This document shows, one piece after another, positions 1-9,806 of a stretch of 64,000 nt of DNA (position 1 is its first letter; every line of letters starts with the position of its first letter). The DNA comes from Enterobacterales bacterium (GTDB lineage Bacteria; Pseudomonadota; Gammaproteobacteria; Enterobacterales; GCA-2746155), in the NCBI GenBank assembly GCA_047618765.1, contig JBLHLI010000001.1, positions 8,449-72,448 of the forward strand, read 5' to 3'. The position numbers and the translations under genes are program-made. The notes under the pieces are model-generated. The model saw nothing but the letters and a program-made list of their open reading frames with translations, had not been told where the DNA came from and did not search any database.

Positions 1-57
1 GGTCTGTAAAATATCTGGCGATTCTGATCTTGAGCTTGTGTTGACTAATGCCAATAC

Positions 58-1128
58 GTGTTTCAAGACAGAAGAAATCAAATAACCATTATGACACTAA
101 GATCATTATCTATAATTGGTGGAAGTCGGTGGGCTAGACAAATAGCATTAACTTTAGATTCACTCCTTAGTGCTGAAACTAAAATAACCTTACATTCCCA
201 GCATAATACAAAAAATATACAGGGTTGGATTAACGACAATAATTTGAATAGAATTAATGTCGTTAATACTTATCCATTTTGTTCAGATTCTATTAAACCC
301 ACCGCACTTTTAGTGGTAAATCAATCAAGAAAGCATTTCCCTATTGCTATTCAATCACTCTCATGTGGTATTCCTACATTTGTTGAAAAACCTATTAGTT
401 TGACAGAGTATGATGCTAAGCGGTTGTTAGAGACGGCTGTCAGATTTAAAGCACCATTATATGCAAGTAACGTGTTTATGTTTGCGAAATATTTCGAAGA
501 TTTCTTTTGTGAAGTAAGGTGTGCTGGAGAGATACAGGAAGTCGATATAGTTTGGACTGATAAGTGTGAAGAGTTCCGTTATGGTGAGGTTAAAAAATAT
601 GACCCGAGTGTTACAGTACTTCATGATGTGATGCCACATATTGTTTCCATCATAAAAATGTTATCACTAGAGAAGCTTGAATTAAATAGCTTAGATGTTT
701 TTAGGGGCGGCGCTGAGGTTGTTTTGCAGTTAATGTCTAGTAAAGTGAAGTTCAATGTAAAAATGGCTAGAAATGCAGACAGCCGTGCTAGGAAAGTGAG
801 AGTGCGTAATGCAATGGGGATATTTGAGTTAGATTTTTCCAATGAATCTAATATGTTCATTACTAATATTCAAGTAGGGAGTGTGAAGAATATACCGGCG
901 CCCTCGATTGGGGCATTGCAGAATATGATGGCGTCTTTTATTGATATAGAGAAAGAAAGTAATTTCGATTCACGATTGTCTCCAGAAATTTCCTTGGAAG
1001 CTTGTCATTTATGCGATATTGGAATAACACAATACCGGAAGCTTCAGATTGAGTGGTTGATGTCGCAAAAAGAAGCCATTTGTAAGAGTGATATTAGTTA
1101 TGCTTTTGCAGAGATGACCTGTTCATAA
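58..1128 (+). CDS. Gfo/Idh/MocA-like oxidoreductase, upstream of the glycan-locus leader
   Basis: 356-codon ORF. Rossmann-like LSIIGGSRWARQI near the N-terminus and the family-typical FVEKPIS (EKP) motif. GTG at 58; ATG at 91 (MTLRSLSIIGG) is an equally plausible start. Confidence 0.5.
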   Translation: MFQDRRNQITIMTLRSLSIIGGSRWARQIALTLDSLLSAETKITLHSQHNTKNIQGWINDNNLNRINVVNTYPFCSDSIKPTALLVVNQSRKHFPIAIQSLSCGIPTFVEKPISLTEYDAKRLLETAVRFKAPLYASNVFMFAKYFEDFFCEVRCAGEIQEVDIVWTDKCEEFRYGEVKKYDPSVTVLHDVMPHIVSIIKMLSLEKLELNSLDVFRGGAEVVLQLMSSKVKFNVKMARNADSRARKVRVRNAMGIFELDFSNESNMFITNIQVGSVKNIPAPSIGALQNMMASFIDIEKESNFDSRLSPEISLEACHLCDIGITQYRKLQIEWLMSQKEAICKSDISYAFAEMTCS

Positions 1129-1469
1129 CCCGTTACTATCCAGTTGTATTTGAAGAGTGCTTTGGTTGTTAATGCTATAACTAGTGTTTGTGTAAGCATT
1201 TCAATGCGAGGGATTTACAACATTAGGGTATGATTTTAATGCCATATCATATACACTGTTCATTTAATGAACGCCTATGGGAGGTGTTGCCTTAGGCTCC
1301 CAAGTCATTGAAATAAATGGGTATTATACAAAAGCATTCAGTTGAAGAGAGGTATGTGCCTCATGACCATGGCTAGCTTCTTTTTACCCAATATAGGTAT
1401 GTATTAAAGAGCTCGGGGAAACATTAGTAAGCACTTAGGCCTTGTTTATAGAAAAATAGTAAATGAGTA

Positions 1470-1514
1470 AGAGCTCTTTACGGAGTGCCTGATATGGATT
1501 TCGTAAAGAGCTCT
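1470..1514 (+). promoter_or_regulatory. Perfect 13-bp inverted repeat (hairpin or operator) in the locus leader
   Basis: agagctctttacg (1470-1482) and cgtaaagagctct (1502-1514) are exact reverse complements separated by 19 nt. A related aaagagctc string occurs about 60 bp upstream. Lies in the 510-bp ORF-free leader, about 75 bp upstream of the ops core. Confidence 0.45.
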
Positions 1515-1589
1515 CAGCTTCAGGGTAAATTAACAATCCTGTAGGGAAAATTTAAAGGGAGTAGCAACATTATATACATAGTGTTGTAT

Positions 1590-1601
1590 GGCGGTAGCGT
1601 G
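1590..1601 (+). promoter_or_regulatory. ops (operon polarity suppressor) / JUMPStart core, RfaH recruitment site
   Basis: Exact GGCGGTAGCGTG, the 12-nt ops consensus GGCGGTAGnnTG. On the coding strand, 38 nt upstream of the first gene of a very long co-directional polysaccharide operon. Confidence 0.8.
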
Positions 1602-1638
1602 TCTGAACCAAATATAATAGAGTAGAGTAGTAATAAGA

Positions 1639-3483
1639 ATGCTAAGCGATGTAAAAATTAGTTATCGGCAAGTATTTAAGGAATCTTATTCATTTCTTGA
1701 TACTGACCTTCGCAAAAAGTCTTTTCTTAGTATTGTGTTATCAACAATAAATGCAGTTTTAGAAATGCTGGCATTGGTTCTTATATATCCATTAATAATC
1801 CTGATTACTAAGAGAGATGAGCCTGTTGGAGAGACGTTCAAAGTTATCGATAATTTGGTAAGTGTCCTGCCAGAGCAGGATCGTGCTTTTTGGATAGGGG
1901 TGGTAATAGCAATTATTTACATCCTTAAAAATGTCTTTTTTCTAAGTTATTCATGGTGGCAGTTATGTTTCATTAGAACGGCATCAGCACGTTTTAGTGT
2001 TAGCTTGCTTAAATATTACATGACTCAATCATATAGTTGGCATCTTAATAAAAACTCTGCTGAATTAATGAGAAATGTTAATGGTTCTGTAATAACTGTC
2101 TTTCGAAATGTAGTGTTAAATATTTTGAATAGTGCCTCTGAATTATTAAATATCTTGGGTATATTACTGATATTGTTGAGCATGGAGCCGCAAGTAATGA
2201 TTGGCATTATACTTTTTCTTGTTATATCTACATATACATTCCAAACTGTTTTTTCAAAAATTTCTATTAAGGCGGGTAAGAACGTAGAATCGTCGAATCT
2301 TTTGATTATTAAGAATGTCATGCAGTCTCTTGGAGCTTTAAAAGAAATGAGGCTGTTAGGGCGAGACTCAAACCTTTATGACCACTTTGAAACGCATAAA
2401 AAAATACAGGTAAATGCTTATCGTGATGTGGCAATGATCTCGTTATTACCGAAAAGTTATTTAGAAATTATATTAATATTAACATTGCTTATCGGAGTTT
2501 TTTTAGTAAATGTGAGCGGTAATCCAGAGCATCTTTATGCGACGCTAGGTATATTTATAGTTGGTGCATTCAGGATGCTGCCTTCAATATCAAAATTATT
2601 GTCAATGGGGCAGGCAATAGCTGCAGGTATCGCTTCTCTAAATAACGTTAAGAATGATTTAAATAAAGCGATGAAGGTAGACCCAGACAAGCATATTTCA
2701 GAGGAGAAATTAAGAAGTAGACTCAGATTTAATTTTAAAATTGAATTGAGTAATGTCGGGCATAGCTACGAAGATAATACAGTCAAAGTACTTGACGATA
2801 TTAATCTTGAAATTAAAAAAGGAGCTTATATAGGCATCGTTGGAGAAACAGGTGCAGGTAAAAGTAGCTTGATCGACGTTTTGACTGGAATACTGGAGCC
2901 AAGTCAAGGGAAGGTGTTCGTTGATGGGGATGAAATCACCGGAAATTATAATGTCTGGAATGGTGCGCTTGGATATGTTCCACAAATGATTTATTTGATC
3001 GATGATACTGTAAGAAACAATATTGCAATTGGCTTAGATGGCGAAAACATAAATGACGAGAGGCTAATGGATGCTATTAAAAAGGCTCAGCTCAGCGACT
3101 TTATAGATCATCTTTCTGATGGTATTGATACGATTGTCGGTGAAAGAGGGGTTAGAATATCAGGTGGAGAACGACAAAGAATTGGTATAGCAAGAGCATT
3201 ATATTCTGATCCTGAAATTATTATATTTGATGAAGGAACATCTTCTCTTGATGCTCAAACAGAAGCAAATATATCAAAATCTATAGAAGGTCTAAGGGGA
3301 GATAAGACTATTATCGTTATTGCACATAGATTGAGTACCGTAGTTTCCTGTGATGAAATCATCTACTTACAGGACGGTAAGGTTTTGGGTAAGGGAAAGT
3401 TTGAAGCTTTAGTTAAAGAAAATCCTACACTTAAAGCTATGGTTAATTATTCGGATATGAGTGATTACATTGTTGAAGATTAA
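1639..3483 (+). CDS. Fused TMD-NBD ABC exporter (MsbA/PglK-type half transporter)
   Basis: N-terminal multi-TM region. Walker A GETGAGKSS, ABC signature ISGGERQRIGIARAL, Walker B IIIFDEGTSSLD, H-loop IAHRL. Confidence 0.85.
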   Translation: MLSDVKISYRQVFKESYSFLDTDLRKKSFLSIVLSTINAVLEMLALVLIYPLIILITKRDEPVGETFKVIDNLVSVLPEQDRAFWIGVVIAIIYILKNVFFLSYSWWQLCFIRTASARFSVSLLKYYMTQSYSWHLNKNSAELMRNVNGSVITVFRNVVLNILNSASELLNILGILLILLSMEPQVMIGIILFLVISTYTFQTVFSKISIKAGKNVESSNLLIIKNVMQSLGALKEMRLLGRDSNLYDHFETHKKIQVNAYRDVAMISLLPKSYLEIILILTLLIGVFLVNVSGNPEHLYATLGIFIVGAFRMLPSISKLLSMGQAIAAGIASLNNVKNDLNKAMKVDPDKHISEEKLRSRLRFNFKIELSNVGHSYEDNTVKVLDDINLEIKKGAYIGIVGETGAGKSSLIDVLTGILEPSQGKVFVDGDEITGNYNVWNGALGYVPQMIYLIDDTVRNNIAIGLDGENINDERLMDAIKKAQLSDFIDHLSDGIDTIVGERGVRISGGERQRIGIARALYSDPEIIIFDEGTSSLDAQTEANISKSIEGLRGDKTIIVIAHRLSTVVSCDEIIYLQDGKVLGKGKFEALVKENPTLKAMVNYSDMSDYIVED

Positions 3484-3522
3484 TTCTTTGTTATTAATAA
3501 ATAAACTGCGATTCAAATTAAA

Positions 3523-4860
3523 ATGCTAAGAAAAAAACATATACTGATTTCATTTATTGGCGCGTATACTGTATACGACTATTTAAGGTCAGGGATACTC
3601 GATGAGCTATATAAAGAATTCGACTTGAGTTTTGTCATAACATATAAAACTGAAGGGGAAGCAGAGTTAAAGAGCTATGGCGAAGTAGTCAAACTGCCTA
3701 TTGATAATTATTGGAGAACTAGAATATACGGTATTGGAAAAAGTGTTTGGCATTATTATAAGAAAAGAAGTTTCGTTTTAACCGATAAACAACGTAGATA
3801 CCGTTCTTTAATATCCTTGGGTAGATTGGATACATTTGTTGTAAAATCAGTGATAAATTTAAAGCTATCTAAATTAGTCGGTGTCTTGATAAGGCAATTA
3901 TTAAGAATAACGACGCCAAATGTTTTACCGGCAAAAGAGAGCGTAGATTTGGTTATGATGGTTTGGGGGCTTGAATCATTAATAAATGATGACACTATCC
4001 GGTGTGGCAGAGATAATAATATTCCAGTTTTTGCAGTGCAAGGAGGTTTAGATAGTATTTCGACAAAAACTTGTTATGAACCACCTCCATATGCAGCGGT
4101 TTGGGGTGAGTCATGCTTTTATAGTTGTGTGTATGCGCATGGATTTAAGCCCACATCTGTTTTCGTAGTCGGTTCGCCTCGTTTTGAAAGCCATCAAAAG
4201 AAATATAATAAAGAGCAGGTTAGAGGTGAATTAGGTTTGCCTCTGGAGAAAAAAATTGTATTTTTTTGTGGTACGGGATTGCCATTTGATGAAGCTCATG
4301 TGATGAAGACCTTGCAGAAAGCTTATGATGATGGCTGTATAAATAATGATGTAATAATTATGTATAGACATCACCCTTATGGAAGAACAAACTTTGCAAG
4401 CTGGGAAGAAACTAAAAACATACCTTTTGAAACGGACTTTTTAACGGTTGCCCCCTCGGGTAAAGCTAGTAATGGTAGTGAATTTTATTCAAAGTTATTT
4501 AGCGCATCAGATGCTGTTATAACTCCGTATTCAACCATGACCATGGAGGCAACAGCATATGGTTTGCCAGTAATGTGTGTAGGCTATAATGATGATGCTC
4601 GAGAATACCTATATGATTGGTCAAGCAGCATATATGAGCCTCACCTTAGTTTAATTCACCACAGTGACTGGGGTGTGGTTTGTGATGACAAGAGTTTGAT
4701 TGTTGAAAAGTTTAATTTATTGGTAGAGAAGATTGGAGATGAAGAGGTCTATAACGATGCAAAGACTTCGCATAAGTTTATCAATAGGTTAGGTAAGGAA
4801 AGTGTTTCTGATAGAATTAAGTCAGCAATTAACAATCTGGTTAACGTTAGTGATTCTTGA
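3523..4860 (+). CDS. Uncharacterised glycan-locus protein; possible GT-B-type (TagF/sialyltransferase-like) transferase with HP motif
   Basis: 445 aa. VGSPRFES, then YRHHPYG (HP at residues 284-285), then ITPYSTMTMEATAYGLPV about 52 residues later. This pattern resembles C-terminal domains of GT-B transferases that use CMP- or CDP-activated donors. Confidence 0.4.
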   Translation: MLRKKHILISFIGAYTVYDYLRSGILDELYKEFDLSFVITYKTEGEAELKSYGEVVKLPIDNYWRTRIYGIGKSVWHYYKKRSFVLTDKQRRYRSLISLGRLDTFVVKSVINLKLSKLVGVLIRQLLRITTPNVLPAKESVDLVMMVWGLESLINDDTIRCGRDNNIPVFAVQGGLDSISTKTCYEPPPYAAVWGESCFYSCVYAHGFKPTSVFVVGSPRFESHQKKYNKEQVRGELGLPLEKKIVFFCGTGLPFDEAHVMKTLQKAYDDGCINNDVIIMYRHHPYGRTNFASWEETKNIPFETDFLTVAPSGKASNGSEFYSKLFSASDAVITPYSTMTMEATAYGLPVMCVGYNDDAREYLYDWSSSIYEPHLSLIHHSDWGVVCDDKSLIVEKFNLLVEKIGDEEVYNDAKTSHKFINRLGKESVSDRIKSAINNLVNVSDS

Positions 4861-4928
4861 CTTTTTGATTTGAAAAACCTGTTTAATTTAAACGTTAATA
4901 TTTTACCCTAAGGACTATTTGAAAAAAA

Positions 4929-5825
4929 ATGACAGCTTTAAATAAAAAAGTAATAAAAAATATAATAGAACCTTTTGTGCAAAAAACATATGATGTTTCC
5001 ACTAAAGAATGGAGTGAACTTGAGTTAAGTATGCGTAAAATGTTTAGGTGGCGATATATAAAAAACATTCTAAACCCTTTTTACAATGAGAAAAAGGTAG
5101 AAATTGTAAAGTCATCATACGAACTTAATTGGGCTGTTACTGAAATGCCAAAAGTTTGTAGAGAGCCTGCAACTCACTATACATGGAATGACAGTTACTA
5201 TTATATGAGTAGCTTTGCTGAGAAAAAATTTCATATGTATTTACTGCAACAGCAGTTAACTTCTCTTGGAGCGAAAAAAATATTAGAGGTGGGGTCTGGC
5301 AATGGTGTCATGGCTATTGCGTCTGCTTTAGGCGTTGAAGATGCTGAAGTCTTTGGGATTGAACTAACGGATACTGGTGTTGAAAAAGCAAACTACATAT
5401 TACAGAATAATGATGAGTTACAGAAAATAAAAGACTTCGTTCCTTTTGATGTAAAAAATGATGAGTTGAAAGTTAGTTTTGAGTCTCGAAATGCATGCTC
5501 CTTACCTTATGATGATGAAACCTTTGATGTTGTCTACACAAGTTTAGCGCTTGAGCAAATGAATTCTGTTATTGAACAAGTCTTATCTGAAATATTTAGG
5601 GTTTCAAAAAAACATGTTGTGTTTATTGAGCCCTTTAGTGATTTTAATCAAACTAAGTTGCAGAAATATTATACGCGCTCAAGAAATTATTTTTCTCATA
5701 CAGTTGAAGATATGAAGAAGTATGGGTTTGAACCTGTTGAGGTTATATCGGATTTTCCTGTAAAGATGACTCGGGGCGCCGGCCTTCTGTTGGCAAAAAA
5801 GATAAGTAATGAAAAAGCTCTTTAA
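4929..5825 (+). CDS. Class I SAM-dependent methyltransferase
   Basis: Motif I ILEVGSGNGVMA. Downstream acidic loop FDVVYTSLALEQ, typical of the Methyltransf_11/25 fold. Confidence 0.7.
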   Translation: MTALNKKVIKNIIEPFVQKTYDVSTKEWSELELSMRKMFRWRYIKNILNPFYNEKKVEIVKSSYELNWAVTEMPKVCREPATHYTWNDSYYYMSSFAEKKFHMYLLQQQLTSLGAKKILEVGSGNGVMAIASALGVEDAEVFGIELTDTGVEKANYILQNNDELQKIKDFVPFDVKNDELKVSFESRNACSLPYDDETFDVVYTSLALEQMNSVIEQVLSEIFRVSKKHVVFIEPFSDFNQTKLQKYYTRSRNYFSHTVEDMKKYGFEPVEVISDFPVKMTRGAGLLLAKKISNEKAL

Positions 5826-6702
5826 GAAAATTAAACTTCTTCGAAGACTGTATCAATATTATTTGGATATTTTTGTTTATGGGCCAAACTATTTTCGAAA
5901 AAATCTTGTTGTTGATAGAAGTGATGAGACTAAAAACAAATTACTCGAATTAAATGACAAAGGTTTTTTACAGGTAAATAGCCAGTTCAGTAAGGATTAT
6001 ATTGATAAATTAAAAGATAAAATTGACAAGGAAATACAAGGGTGTGCGGCCAACCATGGGCAGGCAGTATATTCTGAATTGCAAAAATACTATACTTTTA
6101 CAAATCCTTTTTTGTTAGATGATGCCCTGCTTTATTATGCTACGCACCCTGATTTATATTCGCTTCTTGAGCGATATTTTAATAATAAAGTATATTTAGC
6201 GGATGTCGATTTGCGTGTAATACCACCAACGGAAATCAAGGATGTTGAAGCTAATGTTAAAGAAAAGCATGGGCTGTCTCATTATTCATCATCCCATTGG
6301 CATTATGATATACGCGGTAAGCAAGTAAAGGTAATGGTTTATTTAAGTGATGTTTCTAGAATTGATAGTAAGTTTATGTGTGTCTTAGGTACACATAAAT
6401 CAGGAGAAAAAAGTTTAGACTACGAAAAGTCTAGATTTGAAGATGCTGAAGTAGATGCAATGGGGAAAGAAAAAGTTGAATGTTTAGGTGAGGTAGGCTC
6501 AGCTTATTTATTCGATACAAATATTATTCACCGATTAAATCGTAGCAACAAAGGGAATGTTAGATACTCGATCACTTTTTATTATACAACGGGTCGTCAT
6601 TTAAGAGAACTCTATGTTACGAAAAGCTCTTTCGAAAATTTGTGTGCTATATCAAAAAAAATGCTGGATGGGCATTCAATGCCAAGAATTAATTTTAAAT
6701 AA
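5809..6702 (+). CDS. PhyH-like Fe(II)/2-oxoglutarate dioxygenase
   Basis: HxD in SSHWHYDIRG and a distal His in TNIIHRLNRS. Size and layout fit the phytanoyl-CoA dioxygenase family. Overlaps the upstream gene by 17 nt. Confidence 0.55.
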   Translation: MKKLFKKIKLLRRLYQYYLDIFVYGPNYFRKNLVVDRSDETKNKLLELNDKGFLQVNSQFSKDYIDKLKDKIDKEIQGCAANHGQAVYSELQKYYTFTNPFLLDDALLYYATHPDLYSLLERYFNNKVYLADVDLRVIPPTEIKDVEANVKEKHGLSHYSSSHWHYDIRGKQVKVMVYLSDVSRIDSKFMCVLGTHKSGEKSLDYEKSRFEDAEVDAMGKEKVECLGEVGSAYLFDTNIIHRLNRSNKGNVRYSITFYYTTGRHLRELYVTKSSFENLCAISKKMLDGHSMPRINFK

Positions 6703-6725
6703 ATGGCAGCTATAATATATAGATT

Positions 6726-7766
6726 ATGATTGTATTAAATGATAAAAAAATAGGTAAAGGTGAAAAAGCCTTTTTAGTTGCTGAGGTTGCTCAGGCACAT
6801 GATGGCTCTCTCGGTGCGGCTCACTCTTTCATTGATGCAGTTTCAAAGAGCGGTGTTGATGCAGTTAAATTTCAAACTCATATTGCCAGTGAAGAATCTA
6901 CACTGGATGAAAAGTTCAGAGTTCAATTCTCTAAGCAGGATCTAACACGATATGATTACTGGAAGCGTATGGAATTCACCGAGTCTCAATGGAGAGGGTT
7001 GGCTCAACATGCTAAAGATGTAGGTTTAGAATTTATAAGTACCCCTTTCTCTATTAAGGCTTTTGAAATACTTGATGATTTAGATATGCCTTTTTGGAAG
7101 GTTCCGTCTGGCGAAATTAAATCTTCAAGCTTATTAGATAGAATGATAGCGACAAAGAAGCCAATTGTTATGAGTACGGGGATGAGTTCTCGGAAAGAAA
7201 TCAATGATAATGTTAAGATTTTAAAAGAATCTGGGAATGCATTTGTTATATTGCAATGTACGAGTAAATATCCTACTCCATACGCTCAAGTAGGCTTGAA
7301 TGTTTTAAAAGAATTACATGAAGAGCATGGTTGCCTTGTGGGGTTGTCAGATCATTCCGGTACCATTTATCCTGCACTTGCGGCAATGACAAATGGCGCC
7401 AGTTTTATTGAAGTGCATGTAGCATTACATAAGCATCAGTTTGGCCCCGACACGAGCTCATCTATTTCATTAGATGAGCTTTCAATTTTGTCTGAAGCAA
7501 GTAAAGCGTTTCATGACATGAATGATAGTCCTGTCGATAAAGATAAAATGGCAGAAGAGCTATCTTTGTATAGAGATTTATTTTTTAAGAGCATAGCATT
7601 AAAAAAAGATTTACAATCTGGAGTGGTATTAAGAAAGGAAATGTTAACTATGAAGAAGCCTGGCACAGGGATTTCCGAGTCTGAACTAGAAAAAATTATT
7701 GGCAAAACTTTAATTAGAGATGTATCCGCTAACCGCCTATTAACCGATGAAGATTTTAAAGAGTAA
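6726..7766 (+). CDS. neuB: NeuB-family nonulosonic acid synthase (paralog 1, Neu/Leg-type)
   Basis: VAEVAQAHDGS...AVKFQTH, STPFS, KVPSGE, STGMS, GLSDHSG, IEVHV and a C-terminal SAF-like domain. Followed directly by a NeuC-like gene. Confidence 0.8.
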   Translation: MIVLNDKKIGKGEKAFLVAEVAQAHDGSLGAAHSFIDAVSKSGVDAVKFQTHIASEESTLDEKFRVQFSKQDLTRYDYWKRMEFTESQWRGLAQHAKDVGLEFISTPFSIKAFEILDDLDMPFWKVPSGEIKSSSLLDRMIATKKPIVMSTGMSSRKEINDNVKILKESGNAFVILQCTSKYPTPYAQVGLNVLKELHEEHGCLVGLSDHSGTIYPALAAMTNGASFIEVHVALHKHQFGPDTSSSISLDELSILSEASKAFHDMNDSPVDKDKMAEELSLYRDLFFKSIALKKDLQSGVVLRKEMLTMKKPGTGISESELEKIIGKTLIRDVSANRLLTDEDFKE

Positions 7767-7771
7767 GAGCA

Positions 7772-8929
7772 ATGAAGAAACGTAGAATAGCTATTGTTAT
7801 AAATAGTCGAGCCAATTATGGAAGAATAAAGTCAGTTCTTACAGAAATAAAAAAGCTTCCAGGTTTAGAATTGATGATTGTTGTAGGTGCTTCTGCATTG
7901 CTATATAGGTTTGGGAATGTAAAGGATATTATTGAGAAAGATGGATTCGAGATTACGACAGCAGTTTATTCTATTGTGGAAGGTGAAACCCCAACCACTA
8001 TGGCTAAGTCTACGGGGTTGGCCATTATGGAGTTAGCCACAATTTTTGAAAATCTAAAACCTGATATTGTCTTAACAGTAGCTGATAGATTTGAAACTAT
8101 TGCGACAGCAATAGCGGCTAGCTATATGAATATCCCTGTCGCACATACTCAAGGTGGCGAAGTTACAGGTTCAATCGATGAAAGTGTAAGGCATGCGGTG
8201 ACAAAACTTTCTCATATTCATTTTCCTGCAACGAAAAAATCTGCTGATATTTTAATAAAGATGGGGGAGTTGCCTGAAACGGTTCATTATACAGGGTGCC
8301 CAGCAATCGATATGATTGCAGATTTAGATTTAAAGTTGCCTAATGATTTCTTTGAGAAATACTTAGGGGTAGGTGAAAAAATTGACCCAGCGAAACCCTA
8401 TATAGTCGTACTACAACACCCTGTAACGACTGAATACGGACAAGGCCTTTCCCAAATAAACGAAACTTTAACTGCAGTGGGCGCTATAGATATGCAAACA
8501 GTGTGGTTATGGCCAAATGTTGATGCAGGTTCAGATGATATCTCAAAAGGTCTTAGGCAATACCGAGAGCTTAATACTAAATCAAAAATTCATTTTTATA
8601 GGAATTTTTCTGTAGAGGACTACGCAAGATTAATTTCTAATTCGTCTTGTTTGATAGGTAATTCAAGTTCTGCAATCAGGGAAGGGGCATTCTTAGGTGT
8701 GCCCGGTGTAAATATTGGTACCCGTCAACAAGGCAGGGAAAAAGCATCTAATATAGTTAATGTTGATTATAATGCTATTGAAATTCAGCGGGCCATCTCA
8801 TCTCAAATTAATCATGAAAAATATGAAAGGTCAACACTGTTTGGAGACGGCAAAGCCGGTGAGCGTATTGCTAAAATACTATCTACCACTGAGGTTAGCG
8901 TACAAAAACGTTTGTCTTATACGGATTAA
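7772..8929 (+). CDS. neuC: Hydrolysing UDP-HexNAc 2-epimerase (NeuC/LegG type)
   Basis: RIAIVINSRANYGRIKSV and AHTQGGEVTGSIDESVRHAVTKLSHIHF are characteristic of the hydrolysing NeuC branch rather than WecB. Confidence 0.8.
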   Translation: MKKRRIAIVINSRANYGRIKSVLTEIKKLPGLELMIVVGASALLYRFGNVKDIIEKDGFEITTAVYSIVEGETPTTMAKSTGLAIMELATIFENLKPDIVLTVADRFETIATAIAASYMNIPVAHTQGGEVTGSIDESVRHAVTKLSHIHFPATKKSADILIKMGELPETVHYTGCPAIDMIADLDLKLPNDFFEKYLGVGEKIDPAKPYIVVLQHPVTTEYGQGLSQINETLTAVGAIDMQTVWLWPNVDAGSDDISKGLRQYRELNTKSKIHFYRNFSVEDYARLISNSSCLIGNSSSAIREGAFLGVPGVNIGTRQQGREKASNIVNVDYNAIEIQRAISSQINHEKYERSTLFGDGKAGERIAKILSTTEVSVQKRLSYTD

Positions 8930-9004
8930 ATGAGTGTTGAGAGAGAAGTCGAGAGTTTTATAATGTTTCTTGCTAACAATGGAGTATTAGTTTAATTTTT
9001 TAAA

Positions 9005-9790
9005 ATGACAATTTATACTAAAGAACAATTAAGCGCGCATCATAATTTATTACTTGAAAAAGTTTTTCAAGTAAATACACGTTGGCCTCAGTTTACCCTT
9101 CTATTAAATGATATTAAGAAGCTAGCCGAAGAGTCTAGTGAAACAGAGAAGGTTGTTAGTCTTGAAAGGGGGCTGTTGTATGGAGGCATTAGTTTGTTTG
9201 CGCCCTACTTTTTTAAAAGTAATTTCATTTCTATTGATTGTAGTCCTAAAGCTGCTGATGAAAGTGGTGCTTACAATAAATCACTAGTAGATGACCCGAG
9301 GTTAATAAAAATAAACTCATCAAGAAGAGCATCAATAGAAAATATAGGTGTTGAAGATGATTCGGTTGATTTGGTTGTTATTCCTAATTTAGTTCATCAC
9401 GTTGAAAATCAAAAAAAATTATTTGAAGAAGTGTCTAGAATAATTAAACCCGGTGGTAAGGTGTATATATTTGAAGCTATCGTCAGGGAGCTACATCAAA
9501 TCCCCAATGATTATATTCGGTATACACCATATGGGCTATCATCTATATTAGAAAGCGTTGGTTTAAATGTTGCTAATTGTAGCCATGAAGGAGGGCCATT
9601 CTCAGCAATCTCATATTGTTGGGAGCAAGCGCTTGAATATATACCTGAAGAAGAAAGAAAAGAGTTAGAACGATGGTATCGAGAAGAGCACTTTCCAATG
9701 TTGATGAAATTTGATAACCAATATACAGAAAACTTGGTTAGGAAAAATTCCTGTTTTCCTGTTGCATTCTCAGTGTTAGCGAAAAAATAA
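9005..9790 (+). CDS. Probable class I SAM-dependent methyltransferase
   Basis: VDLVVIPNLVHHVENQKKLFEEVSRIIKPGGKVYIFE matches the post-motif-I region of Methyltransf_11-type enzymes. The N-terminal glycine motif is not obvious. Confidence 0.5.
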   Translation: MTIYTKEQLSAHHNLLLEKVFQVNTRWPQFTLLLNDIKKLAEESSETEKVVSLERGLLYGGISLFAPYFFKSNFISIDCSPKAADESGAYNKSLVDDPRLIKINSSRRASIENIGVEDDSVDLVVIPNLVHHVENQKKLFEEVSRIIKPGGKVYIFEAIVRELHQIPNDYIRYTPYGLSSILESVGLNVANCSHEGGPFSAISYCWEQALEYIPEEERKELERWYREEHFPMLMKFDNQYTENLVRKNSCFPVAFSVLAKK

Positions 9791-9806
9791 AATTATATAA
9801 AGCTGG

